From the NCBI GenBank assembly GCA_944363775.1, contig CALVVE010000003.1:1-34770 (forward strand): a stretch of DNA of 34,770 nt, written 5' to 3'. Made by a program: the position numbers and the translations under genes. The DNA is from an uncultured Bacilli bacterium. Its GTDB lineage: Bacteria; Bacillota_I; Bacilli_A; RF39; UBA660. Within the stretch, counting starts at the first letter, position 1. Each line of letters begins with the position of its first letter. The notes beneath the pieces were generated by a model. That model was given only the letters and a program-made list of their open reading frames with translations. It made no database searches and was not told the origin of the DNA. Shown one piece after another: positions 1-9,388 of the stretch.

Positions 1-11
1 CTGCTGAAACT

Positions 12-965
12 TTGACCGAGTTGTTCCACCGAGATAATAAACTAGATATCCCATTTATTAGTGATGCTGATCGTGAAGATATTATTTACGCTTGTCGTCA
101 TGAAGCTGATTTTATCGCTTTATCATTTGTAAGTACTAAAGAAGATATTTTAGAAGTTAAGAAAATATTAGAAGAAGAAAATCGTACTGATATTAAATTA
201 ATTGCTAAAATTGAAAGTCGTACTGGTGTAAATAACTTAGATGAAATTATTCCAGAATGTAGTGGAATTATGGTTGCTCGTGGAGATTTAGGTGTTGAAG
301 TTCCAGTTTATGAATTACCTATTATCCAAAAAGATATGATTAAACGTGTTCGTGAAAGAGGAAAAATTTGTGTTGTTGCAACAGAAATGTTAGAATCAAT
401 GAAAAAGAATGCTCGTCCAACACGTGCAGAAGTAAGTGACGTTGCAAACGCTGTATTAGAAGGTACAGATGCAGTTATGTTAAGTGGTGAAACTACTATG
501 GGTAAATTTCCAGTTGAAACTGTACAATATATGGCTTCAATTTGTGAATATGCTGAAAGAAATTATAACTATAATCATAAATTTGCTGATTTACGTCATG
601 AAAATATTACAAGTACAATTGCTCATGCTGTAGTTGAAGCTGCTCATGTATTAGATATCAAAGCTATTGTAACTCCAACTATGTCTGGTTACACAGCTAA
701 ACGTATTAGTAATTTAAAACCAAAGAGTTTAGTACTTGCTGGATGTACAAGTGAAGAAGTTGCTAATAAATTAACTCTTAACTGGGGAGTATATCCATTT
801 GTAATACCTGTTTATGATTCTGTTGAAGATGTAATGATTGAAGCTAAAAAAGCTGCTAAAAAAATGGCAAATTTAAATGCTGGTGATACAATCATTATGA
901 CAGGTACATTCTCAAATAATTTAGATACTCAAGCTACAAATTTAATGACTGTAGATAAAATATAA
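12..965 (+). CDS. pyk: Pyruvate kinase, C-terminal portion (5'-truncated at window edge; pyk-like sequence begins around 39)
   Basis: Motifs IAKIE, GIMVARGDLGVE, VATEMLESM, PTRAEVSDVANAVLEGTDAVMLSGET. The N-terminal part of the enzyme is absent. Confidence 0.96.
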   Translation: MTELFHRDNKLDIPFISDADREDIIYACRHEADFIALSFVSTKEDILEVKKILEEENRTDIKLIAKIESRTGVNNLDEIIPECSGIMVARGDLGVEVPVYELPIIQKDMIKRVRERGKICVVATEMLESMKKNARPTRAEVSDVANAVLEGTDAVMLSGETTMGKFPVETVQYMASICEYAERNYNYNHKFADLRHENITSTIAHAVVEAAHVLDIKAIVTPTMSGYTAKRISNLKPKSLVLAGCTSEEVANKLTLNWGVYPFVIPVYDSVEDVMIEAKKAAKKMANLNAGDTIIMTGTFSNNLDTQATNLMTVDKI

Positions 966-990
966 GAAAATTATCATATTTTCTTTTTTT
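964..990 (+). terminator. Probable intrinsic terminator after pyk
   Basis: agaaaat-tatcat-attttct followed by a T run; AT-rich, weak stem. Confidence 0.5.
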
Positions 991-1017
991 TATGTTATAA
1001 TTAGATTGGGTGATGAT

Positions 1018-1638
1018 ATGAACAGGGAACAAGTTTTAGAAGAATATGTAAAATTATTTAGTAAATTACCAAAAAGATTACAAGTAACTTTACAACAAGA
1101 AGGGAATTTAAGTATAAATGATTTTATTGATACAATAAATTTATACATAACAACACATGATATGAATATTTCTATTCCATCAGAAGATTTAAAAAAAATC
1201 ATTCAAAAAAATCAATTAGTGTATATTTCAAATATTATAGAATATGCTCATGAACATAATGGAGAAAATATGTACACTTTCCTTAATAATAATTTAAGTG
1301 ATGCAGAAATAGTTGAATTAACTAATAAAGTTTTAAAAAGTATTTATTCTATTATTGGTAAACTATATAATTCTGAATTTTATGATTTATATAAAGATAG
1401 TTTAGAAAAAGAAGTTTATAATACAATTGTTGAATATAATAATAAAAAAGAAAATTTAAATAAATATTTAAATAAAATACAATATATTGTAAATGAAGTA
1501 GTTTCAAATAACTCTTCAAAATATGCTTATAATGTTCAAAATAAATTAAGTAATGGATATGTAAAAGAGCTTAATGTAATGACTACAGCTTTAACAAATT
1601 CGTTAGGTGAAGAAAAAAGTGTATCTGTAAAAAAATAA
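1018..1638 (+). CDS. Hypothetical protein (about 206 aa)
   Basis: ORF track 1006..1638. ATG at 1018 follows a GGGTGA SD and an extended -10 TGtTATAAT (993-1001). No recognisable motif. Confidence 0.8.
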   Translation: MNREQVLEEYVKLFSKLPKRLQVTLQQEGNLSINDFIDTINLYITTHDMNISIPSEDLKKIIQKNQLVYISNIIEYAHEHNGENMYTFLNNNLSDAEIVELTNKVLKSIYSIIGKLYNSEFYDLYKDSLEKEVYNTIVEYNNKKENLNKYLNKIQYIVNEVVSNNSSKYAYNVQNKLSNGYVKELNVMTTALTNSLGEEKSVSVKK

Positions 1639-1691
1639 AAGATTAGTCTTTTATTTTTTTGTTATTTTGATATAATGAGATTGGTGAAATT

Positions 1692-2468
1692 ATGGATATA
1701 AAAAAGATAAAAAAAATGAATAATGATAAATATCAAATTATTACAACTGATAATAAAAAAATTATTACTTATGATTCAGTTATTTTAAAATATAATTTAC
1801 TTTATAAAAAGAGTATTGATAGTGAACTTATGAGTTTAATAATGAAAGAAACTAGTTATTTTGATATTTATAAAAAAGTTGTAAATTATATTTCTAAACG
1901 TTTAAGAAGTGAATATGAAATAAAAAAATATTTAGAAAAGTATGATTTAAATGAAAAAGATACAAATAAAATAATAAATGATTTAAAGAAAAGTAATTTT
2001 ATTAATGATTATAATTTTGCTAAAGCATATATTTCTGATAAAGTTTATTTAAGTAATTATGGTCCATTAAAGATAAAAAAAGATCTACAAAATTATTATA
2101 TTGATATAGAAATAATTGAAGAATTAATTAATAATATTGATAGTGGAGTAATTTTAGAAAAATTAAATAAATTAATGACTAAAAAAATTAATAGTAATAA
2201 AAAATATTCTAATTATATTTTAAAACAAAAATTACTTTATTATTTTAAAGATTTAGGTTATGAAACTAGTATGATATTAAGTTGTTCAGATAATTTAGGT
2301 AATAACGATGATAATATTCTAGATAAAGAATATGAAAAGTTATATAAAAAATATTCTAAAAAATATAGTGATTATAATTTAGATAATAAAATTAAAGAAG
2401 GTTTATATCGTAAAGGTTTTGATATTAATAAAATAAATGAATTTATAAATACAAAAAAAGAGTTTTAA
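1692..2468 (+). CDS. recX: Regulatory protein RecX
   Basis: YISKRLRSEYEIKKYL, FINDYNFAKAYI, YGPLKIKKDL and LYRKGF are the RecX helical repeats; long Firmicute-type length. Confidence 0.9.
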   Translation: MDIKKIKKMNNDKYQIITTDNKKIITYDSVILKYNLLYKKSIDSELMSLIMKETSYFDIYKKVVNYISKRLRSEYEIKKYLEKYDLNEKDTNKIINDLKKSNFINDYNFAKAYISDKVYLSNYGPLKIKKDLQNYYIDIEIIEELINNIDSGVILEKLNKLMTKKINSNKKYSNYILKQKLLYYFKDLGYETSMILSCSDNLGNNDDNILDKEYEKLYKKYSKKYSDYNLDNKIKEGLYRKGFDINKINEFINTKKEF

Positions 2469-2477
2469 GACTCTTTT
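2454..2477. repeat. 24-bp direct repeat copy 1 (aaaaaagagttttaagactctttt); terminator hairpin containing the recX stop
   Basis: Identical to 3175-3198. Internal stem aaaagagt/actctttt. Confidence 0.9.
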
Positions 2478-2554
2478 TGTTTTTCTTTGTTAATTTTAAA
2501 GGATATTAAATATTTATGTAGTATATAATTATGAGGGTCTATATTAAAATAATA

Positions 2555-2590
2555 TTGACTTTGTATATACAATGTAATATAATTACATTG
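2555..2590 (+). promoter_or_regulatory. SigA promoter of the TA operon overlapped by two palindromic operator candidates
   Basis: TTGACT (2555-2560), 17 bp, TATAAT (2578-2583). Palindromes TTGTATATACAA (2561-2572) and CAATGTAAT-ata-ATTACATTG (2570-2590). Confidence 0.85.
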
Positions 2591-2607
2591 AAAGAAGGTG
2601 AATTGTT

Positions 2608-2874
2608 ATGAGTAAAAGTTCTAATATTATTGTTCGTGTAGATTCCGAGTTAAAACAACAATCTGAGGAATTATTTAAAGAAATGGGGATGAATATGTCT
2701 ATGGCAATAAATATTTTTTTAAAACAATCTATAAAAGAACAAGGTATACCTTTTAAAATTACTAATAATCCTAATAAAAAAACTATAAAAACTATAAAAA
2801 AAGCTAATCAAGGTAAAAATTTAAGTAATAATTTTACTAATATGGAAGATTTATTTGAGGATTTAGATAGTTGA
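2608..2874 (+). CDS. dinJ: RelB/DinJ family antitoxin
   Basis: RHH-type N-terminus IIVRVDSELKQQSEELFKEMGMNMSMAINIFLKQ, GIPF, and C-terminal EDLFEDL; SD AAGGTG. Confidence 0.9.
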   Translation: MSKSSNIIVRVDSELKQQSEELFKEMGMNMSMAINIFLKQSIKEQGIPFKITNNPNKKTIKTIKKANQGKNLSNNFTNMEDLFEDLDS

Positions 2875-3146
2875 ATTATAAAATAGTTTATACTAATCAA
2901 TTTAAAAAAGATTATAAAAAAATAAAGAAAAGAAACTATAATATTTGTTTGTTAAAAAAAGTTATTAGTTTATTAATTAGTGGTACTAGTTTAAGTGAAA
3001 TATATAAAGATCATTCTTTATTTAATGATAATAAATATCAAAATGTTCGTGAATGTCATATTCAATCTGATTGGTTATTAATATATCAAATAAAAGATGA
3101 TGTATTAATTTTAGTTAGAACTGGTACACATAGTGATTTATTTTAA
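2871..3146 (+). CDS. yafQ: YafQ family (RelE-like) mRNA interferase toxin
   Basis: FKKDYK, KDHSL, RECHIQSDWLLIY, RTGTHSDLF. TTG start overlaps the antitoxin TGA stop. Confidence 0.92.
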   Translation: MNYKIVYTNQFKKDYKKIKKRNYNICLLKKVISLLISGTSLSEIYKDHSLFNDNKYQNVRECHIQSDWLLIYQIKDDVLILVRTGTHSDLF

Positions 3147-3174
3147 AACTATTATAGTTTGATTGTTGTTTAAC

Positions 3175-3198
3175 AAAAAAGAGTTTTAAGACTCTTTT
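3175..3198. repeat. 24-bp direct repeat copy 2; terminator hairpin containing the hit stop
   Basis: Identical to 2454-2477. Confidence 0.9.
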
Positions 3199-3554
3199 AA
3201 TTTTTGATAAATATCTTCTACATCTAATAAAACTTGTTCTTCTTTATAATATGGTTTTAAATGTAAGTGAAAATGTTTTACTTCTTGAATATCACCATTA
3301 TTCTCTACAAGAGTTAAACCATCAATATTTAATTTTGTTTCTAATAAAGATCTCAAATATTTTGCAACATCCATAATATGCATTAAAGTTGTATCATCAA
3401 TGTCACTAATATCTTTATAATGTTTTTTAGGAATAATTAAAGTATGACCATTTACATCTGGGTTAATGTCTAAAAATGCTTTAACTTTATCATCTTCATA
3501 TATAGTATATGAAGGAATTTCTTCACTAATTATTTTACAAAATACACATTCCAT
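3186..3554 (-). CDS. hit: HIT family nucleotide hydrolase (Hint-like)
   Basis: CVFCKII, AFLDINP, GHTLIIPKKH, histidine triad HFHLH. Confidence 0.93.
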   Translation of the reverse strand: MECVFCKIISEEIPSYTIYEDDKVKAFLDINPDVNGHTLIIPKKHYKDISDIDDTTLMHIMDVAKYLRSLLETKLNIDGLTLVENNGDIQEVKHFHLHLKPYYKEEQVLLDVEDIYQKLKES

Positions 3555-3755
3555 ATAATCACCACATTAATTATAGCACGTTAAATAAAATATGTAAAAT
3601 AAAAACTTACCAAATGGTAAGTCGTCAAAATAAATTGACTTGTGTTTTGAATACTGCGATATTCATTATTATTATGGTTAAAAACAAAAAAAAATAAACA
3701 ATTAAGCTTTAATAATAAAGTTATTTTTGATAAAATATTAATTGGAGATGATTGT

Positions 3756-4535
3756 ATGCATAAATTAATAATTAAAAATTTATATGTAAAAGTTGCTGAT
3801 AAAGAAATTTTAAAAGATTTTTCTTTAGAAATAAAAAGTGGTGAGATACACGCTATAATGGGTCCTAATGGAACTGGTAAAAGTACTTTATCAAAAGTTA
3901 TAATGGGAGATCCTACTTATGAAGTAGTTAGTGGTGAAATTTTATTTGATGATAAAAATATTAATTCTTTAGAAGTTGATGAAAGAGCTCGTTTAGGAAT
4001 ATTTTTAGGAATGCAAATGCCACTTGAAATAGAAGGTGTTACTAATGCTGATTTTATGCGTAGTGCTTTAAATGCTCGTGATGGTGAAAACTTTAAATTA
4101 TTTCAGTTTATAAAAGATATGGAAGCAACTGTTAATAAACTACATATGGATAAAGAAATGATTCATCGTGGTGTTAATGTTGGTTTTTCTGGTGGAGAAC
4201 GTAAAAAGAATGAAATACTGCAAATGAATTTATTAAAACCTAAAATGGTTTTATTAGATGAGATTGATTCGGGATTAGATGTTGATAGTCTAAAAATAGT
4301 TGGTAATGAAGTTATAGATTATTATAAACGTGAAAAACCAGGTATGTTAGTAATTACTCATTATCAAAGACTTCTTGATTATATTGTTCCAGATTATGTT
4401 CATATTATGAAAGATGGACATATAATAAAAAGTGGAAATAAAGATTTAGTTAAAGAAATTGAAGAATTTGGATATGATATAAAAGTTTCTAAAAATAGTA
4501 CGTGTGTAGTAAAGGAAAAAGTAAATAATGAATAA
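3756..4535 (+). CDS. sufC: Fe-S cluster assembly ATPase SufC
   Basis: HAIMGPNGTGKSTL, GFSGGERKKNEILQ, LDEIDSGLDVD, ITHYQRLL. Confidence 0.97.
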   Translation: MHKLIIKNLYVKVADKEILKDFSLEIKSGEIHAIMGPNGTGKSTLSKVIMGDPTYEVVSGEILFDDKNINSLEVDERARLGIFLGMQMPLEIEGVTNADFMRSALNARDGENFKLFQFIKDMEATVNKLHMDKEMIHRGVNVGFSGGERKKNEILQMNLLKPKMVLLDEIDSGLDVDSLKIVGNEVIDYYKREKPGMLVITHYQRLLDYIVPDYVHIMKDGHIIKSGNKDLVKEIEEFGYDIKVSKNSTCVVKEKVNNE

Positions 4536-5325
4536 AATAAAAGTAGTTAATGATATTATTGTTTTAGAAGAAATTAACAAAAATATTGAAGTTAAATTTG
4601 AAAATAAAAATGATTCTTTTAACGTTAATAATATTACTTTAAAAATAAAAGAAAGTTGTGATATTGAAATAACTTATGAAGCTTTAGAAAAAACTAAATT
4701 AGATATGTATTTTTATGTTTATCCTAATGTTTCTGTAAATATTTTTGAAGTAAGAAGTGGTGTTAAAACAAAGGTTCAATATAAATATTATATTGAAGAA
4801 AATAGTAGTGTTACAGTTAATAAATTTTATTATAATACTAAACATCGTGAACTTGATATTGTTAATTTAAATGGTGAATTTAGTCGCTTTGATTATTATT
4901 TAAAAACAATCGCTAAAGATAAAGAAAAATATGATTTTATTATTAATCATAATAAAAGTAATACTATAAGTAATATATATCACCATGGAATAAATAATAG
5001 TGATGAAAAATTAACTTTTAATGTAACTGGTGTTGTACCTAAAAATAAAATTGGTTGTGAACTTGAACAACAAAGTCGTATTATAACTAATAAAGACAAT
5101 GAAAATACAATCGCACCAAATTTATTAATAGATGAAGAAGATGTTAGTGCTAATCATGCTGCTTTAATTGGAAACTTTGATAATGAAGAAATATTTTATA
5201 TGATGAGTCGTAGTATTAGTTATGAAGATGCTAAAATATTATTAACTAATGGATTCTTATTATCAGGACTTAGAGAAGATAATAAAGAAAAAATAAAAAA
5301 CATTTTAGATACTGTCTGGGGGTGA
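4528..5325 (+). CDS. sufD: SufD-like Fe-S assembly protein (short)
   Basis: PNLLIDEEDVSANHAALIG and IFYMMSRSI..DAKILLTNGFL; lies between sufC and sufS. Confidence 0.88.
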   Translation: MNKIKVVNDIIVLEEINKNIEVKFENKNDSFNVNNITLKIKESCDIEITYEALEKTKLDMYFYVYPNVSVNIFEVRSGVKTKVQYKYYIEENSSVTVNKFYYNTKHRELDIVNLNGEFSRFDYYLKTIAKDKEKYDFIINHNKSNTISNIYHHGINNSDEKLTFNVTGVVPKNKIGCELEQQSRIITNKDNENTIAPNLLIDEEDVSANHAALIGNFDNEEIFYMMSRSISYEDAKILLTNGFLLSGLREDNKEKIKNILDTVWG

Positions 5326-5329
5326 ATTT

Positions 5330-6523
5330 ATGAACCGTGAAGATTTTCCTATTTTAAAAAATAATCTTATTTATTTTGATAATGGAGCTACAACTTTAAA
5401 ACCACAAGTAATGATTGATGCAACTGTTGATTATTATAGAAATTATAGTGCTAATGCACATAGAGGAGATTATAATATAAGTGTTAAAGTTGATGAACTT
5501 TATGAAAAAACAAGAACACTTATAAAAGAATTTATTAATGCTAAAAAAGAAAAAGAAATAATATATACTAGTGGAACAACTGATTCTTTAAATCGTATTA
5601 TTTTTGGTTATTTTGCTAATGTATTAAATAAAGATGATGAAGTTATTCTTACTAAAAGTGAACATGCTTCTAATCTTCTTCCTTGGTTTGAACTAGTAGA
5701 TAAAATAGGAATTAAAATTAAATATATTGAACTTAATGAACATAAAGAAGTTACACTAAATTCTTTAAAAAATGTTATTACTGATAAAACTAAAGTAATA
5801 AGTATTGCTCATATTACTAATGTTATAGGTGATGTAAGACCAATAAAAGAAATTATTAAACTTGCTCACTCTAAAAATATTTTGTGCGTTATAGATGGTG
5901 CTCAATCAGTTCCACATATGAAAATAGACGTTCAAGATTTAGATATAGACTTTTTAGCTTTTTCAGCACATAAGATGTGTGGACCAACAGGACTTGGAAT
6001 TTTATATGCTAAAGAAGAATTATTAAAAGATTTAAAACCAATTAGTTTTGGTGGAGGAATGAATTCAACTTTTACACCAAATGGGGATAGACTTTATTAT
6101 GCATCACCATATTTATATGAAGCTGGTACTCAAAATATAGCAGGTGTTTTAGGATTTAAAGCTAGTATTGAATATTTAAATAAAATAGGTATGGATAATA
6201 TTAGTAAGTATGAAAAGGAATTAAAGAAATATGCCGTAAAAAGATTAAATGAAATAGATAATTTAGAAATATATAATGAGTTTAGTGAAAGTGGTATAAT
6301 TTCATTTAATTATAAAGATATATTTGCTCAAGATCTTGCTATTTATTTAAATAAATGTAATATTTGTGTAAGATCTGGTAGTCATTGTGCTAAAATTTTA
6401 AATGAAGAATTAGGAATAAAAAATACTTGTCGTATGAGTTTATATTTTTATAATACTAAAGAAGAAATTGACTATTTAATTAAAGTTTTAAAAAATCCAA
6501 AAATTAAAGAAGAAATTATTTGA
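5330..6523 (+). CDS. sufS: Cysteine desulfurase SufS
   Basis: YFDNGATT, DGAQSVPH, PLP site FSAHKMCGPTG, catalytic RSGSHCA. Confidence 0.96.
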   Translation: MNREDFPILKNNLIYFDNGATTLKPQVMIDATVDYYRNYSANAHRGDYNISVKVDELYEKTRTLIKEFINAKKEKEIIYTSGTTDSLNRIIFGYFANVLNKDDEVILTKSEHASNLLPWFELVDKIGIKIKYIELNEHKEVTLNSLKNVITDKTKVISIAHITNVIGDVRPIKEIIKLAHSKNILCVIDGAQSVPHMKIDVQDLDIDFLAFSAHKMCGPTGLGILYAKEELLKDLKPISFGGGMNSTFTPNGDRLYYASPYLYEAGTQNIAGVLGFKASIEYLNKIGMDNISKYEKELKKYAVKRLNEIDNLEIYNEFSESGIISFNYKDIFAQDLAIYLNKCNICVRSGSHCAKILNEELGIKNTCRMSLYFYNTKEEIDYLIKVLKNPKIKEEII

Positions 6524-6537
6524 TTTCTTTTTTTTTA
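6506..6537 (+). terminator. Probable terminator ending sufCDS
   Basis: aagaaat-tatttg-atttctt followed by a long T run, overlapping the sufS stop. Confidence 0.55.
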
Positions 6538-6582
6538 TTTATATTTTGTGATATAATGAATTTGTAGGCTAGGAGGTTTATT

Positions 6583-8790
6583 ATGGCCAAGAAAAAGAAG
6601 AAAAAAGATAATAAAAAAAAGAGTAATGGTTATGAGATAGAATTACAGGGATTAATTATTATTTTAATAACAATAATTGGATTTGGAAGATTTGGTATTG
6701 TTGGTAAACTTGTAAGTTCTTTTGCATCTTTTTTAGTTGGTGCTTGGTATAATGTTTTATTAGTTGCCTTATTTATAATAGGTGCTTATATGATTATTAA
6801 AAGAGCACGACCAGATTATTTTACATCAAAACTTTTTGGAATATATGTATTTTGTATTGGAATACTAGTTTTCTCACATATTGGTTATGTAAATGAAACA
6901 GGATTAAGAGGTTTTCAAATTGTAAAAGAGACAGTAGATAATTTTTTAGCTTCTACAACAAGTATATCTAATATACAAGGTGGAGGATTAATTGGTTCAA
7001 TTTTTACAGCTTTATTTGTTGAATTATTTGATATAGAAGGAACACAAATTGTCTCATGGACTTTATTAATTGGTGGCTTTGTTATGTTTACAGGTATTTC
7101 TATTGCTGATATGATTAGAGCTATGATTGATAAAACAAAAGATACTATAAAAAATAGTAAAGGATTACATAAAAAAGATAAAGAAGAGATTAAAAAAGCT
7201 GAAGATGAATATGAAAGTGATGGTAAAGTTGTTATCAGTAGTGTTGATGAATTAATTCATGAAACTGCTAATAAGCCTAAAGAAGAACCTAAATTAAATG
7301 TTAATGAACAAACTGGGGAAATTATTGAAAATAAAGGTTATAAATTTCCTCCAATTACTTTATTAAATCCAGCACCTAAGAAAAATAATAAAGCTAATGA
7401 AGAAGTTATTAAAGATAACGTTAAATCATTAGTTCAAGTTTTAACTGATTTTGGTATAACTGGAAAAGTAGTTGCTGCTCATATTGGGCCAACTGTAACG
7501 CAATATGAATTAGAAATAAAAGCTGGTACTAAAGTTAGTAAGATTTTAGGTATTAATAGGGAAATTGCTTTAGCTTTAGCTGCTAAAGATGTACGTATTG
7601 AAGCACCTATTCCTGGTAAAAAGACAATTGGTATTGAAATACCTAATAAAGTTACTAGTATGGTTTCAGTAAGAGAAATATTAGAAGCTGTACCTAAAAA
7701 TAAACAAGATTCTAAATTACTTACAACTTTAGGAAGAAATATTATGGGTGATCCTATATATTGTGAAATTAATAAAACACCACACTTATTAGTAGCAGGT
7801 TCTACTGGTAGTGGTAAATCAGTTTGTATTAATAGTATTATTGTTTCAATCTTAATGCGAGCTAAACCAGATGAAGTAAAATTAGTTTTAGTTGACCCTA
7901 AAAAAGTAGAACTTTCTATGTATAATGGGGTTCCACATTTACTTGCTCCAGTAGTAACTGATCCTAAAAAAGCTAATATTGCTTTAAAGAAAATAGTTGT
8001 GGAAATGGAAAATAGATATGAACTATTTAGTAATAGTGGTACTAAAAATATTGCTGGTTATAATACTTATGTTGAAAAACAAAATAAAACAAGAGATGAG
8101 AATGATAAATTACGTAAACTTCCATTTATTGTAGTTATTATTGATGAGTTAGCTGACTTAATGTTAGTTGCTGCTAAAGAAGTTGAAGATTCTATTATGC
8201 GTATTACCCAAATGGCTCGTGCAGCGGGAATTCACTTAATAGTTGCAACGCAAAGACCATCAACTGATGTCATTACTGGTGTTGTAAAAGCAAATATTCC
8301 ATCACGTATTTCTTTTGCTGTTTCTTCTGGAATTGACTCAAGAACAATTTTAGATCAAACAGGTGCTGAAAAGTTACTTGGAAAAGGGGATATGTTATTC
8401 TCAATGCAAGGTGAAGGAACACCAGTACGTGTTCAAGGAACATATATTGATGAAGATGAAATAAAGAAAGTAGTAGACTTTACAATTGAACAACAAAAAG
8501 CTCATTATGATGAAACATTTACTTTAGAAGAAGAAGATAGAGGAGCTACTACAATGGTTGATTCAAAAGATGATTATGAAGAACCATTATATAATGAAAT
8601 AGTTGAATTTGTTGTTCAAAGTGGTAAAGCTAGTGCTTCATTATTACAACGTCGTTTCCGTTTAGGTTATAACCGAGCTGCTCGTTGTATTGATCTTTTA
8701 GAAGAAAGGGGAATAATTGGACCATCTAGGGGGTCTAAACCACGTGAAGTATTAGTAAAATTAGAAAGTAAGGAAGATGAGAATGAATAA
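6583..8790 (+). CDS. ftsK: DNA translocase FtsK/SpoIIIE
   Basis: N-terminal TM helices, PHLLVAGSTGSGKS, IIDELADLM, ATQRPS, gamma domain ASASLLQRRFRLGYNRAAR. Confidence 0.97.
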   Translation: MAKKKKKKDNKKKSNGYEIELQGLIIILITIIGFGRFGIVGKLVSSFASFLVGAWYNVLLVALFIIGAYMIIKRARPDYFTSKLFGIYVFCIGILVFSHIGYVNETGLRGFQIVKETVDNFLASTTSISNIQGGGLIGSIFTALFVELFDIEGTQIVSWTLLIGGFVMFTGISIADMIRAMIDKTKDTIKNSKGLHKKDKEEIKKAEDEYESDGKVVISSVDELIHETANKPKEEPKLNVNEQTGEIIENKGYKFPPITLLNPAPKKNNKANEEVIKDNVKSLVQVLTDFGITGKVVAAHIGPTVTQYELEIKAGTKVSKILGINREIALALAAKDVRIEAPIPGKKTIGIEIPNKVTSMVSVREILEAVPKNKQDSKLLTTLGRNIMGDPIYCEINKTPHLLVAGSTGSGKSVCINSIIVSILMRAKPDEVKLVLVDPKKVELSMYNGVPHLLAPVVTDPKKANIALKKIVVEMENRYELFSNSGTKNIAGYNTYVEKQNKTRDENDKLRKLPFIVVIIDELADLMLVAAKEVEDSIMRITQMARAAGIHLIVATQRPSTDVITGVVKANIPSRISFAVSSGIDSRTILDQTGAEKLLGKGDMLFSMQGEGTPVRVQGTYIDEDEIKKVVDFTIEQQKAHYDETFTLEEEDRGATTMVDSKDDYEEPLYNEIVEFVVQSGKASASLLQRRFRLGYNRAARCIDLLEERGIIGPSRGSKPREVLVKLESKEDENE

Positions 8791-9388
8791 AAAATTAAAA
8801 AAAGTTGTCTTAATATTATTTGTTTTAATTTTAGGTTATGGGATAGGGTTTAATATTAATCATTATATTAATTTAAATAAAACAATAACATATAACTTTA
8901 ATAATGATGAATTAACCGATTTAAAAGATACTAAAAAAGTATTAGAAATCACTATAAATAACATTAATAATATGGAAACAAATAAATTTACTGAAGAAGA
9001 ATTAGAAACAATAAAAAATGATTTTTCAATGATAACAGAATATTTAGATGAAATGACATTTTGGAAATTAGAAGGAAAAAAGAAATTAAATATTAATGAT
9101 TTATATTTATTAAAAGAACAAATTTATTCACTTCCTACTTTAGCTCTTACTAGTTTAATTAAAATAAGAGAAAAATATGTTGCTGATAATTATGAAGAAT
9201 TTTCTAATAAATTATTTATTATGTTTGAAGTTAATTCTAAAAATGATTTTAATAATTTAGAAGATAGTTATACTAAAAATATTGAATTAGATTTCTCACA
9301 AGCAGAAAATTATTTAGTTACTTATATTGAATATGCATCTTATTTAAGTAAGTGGGTAGAAAATTATGGAGGTGATACTAATGCGTAA
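8777..9388 (+). CDS. Hypothetical protein with N-terminal membrane anchor
   Basis: KKLKK followed by hydrophobic VVLILFVLILGYGIGF; overlaps the ftsK end. Confidence 0.75.
   Translation: MRMNKKLKKVVLILFVLILGYGIGFNINHYINLNKTITYNFNNDELTDLKDTKKVLEITINNINNMETNKFTEEELETIKNDFSMITEYLDEMTFWKLEGKKKLNINDLYLLKEQIYSLPTLALTSLIKIREKYVADNYEEFSNKLFIMFEVNSKNDFNNLEDSYTKNIELDFSQAENYLVTYIEYASYLSKWVENYGGDTNA

Noticed and set aside
990-1202. 70-aa minus-strand ORF
   Set aside because: Antisense shadow of the 1018-1638 gene; no SD or motif.
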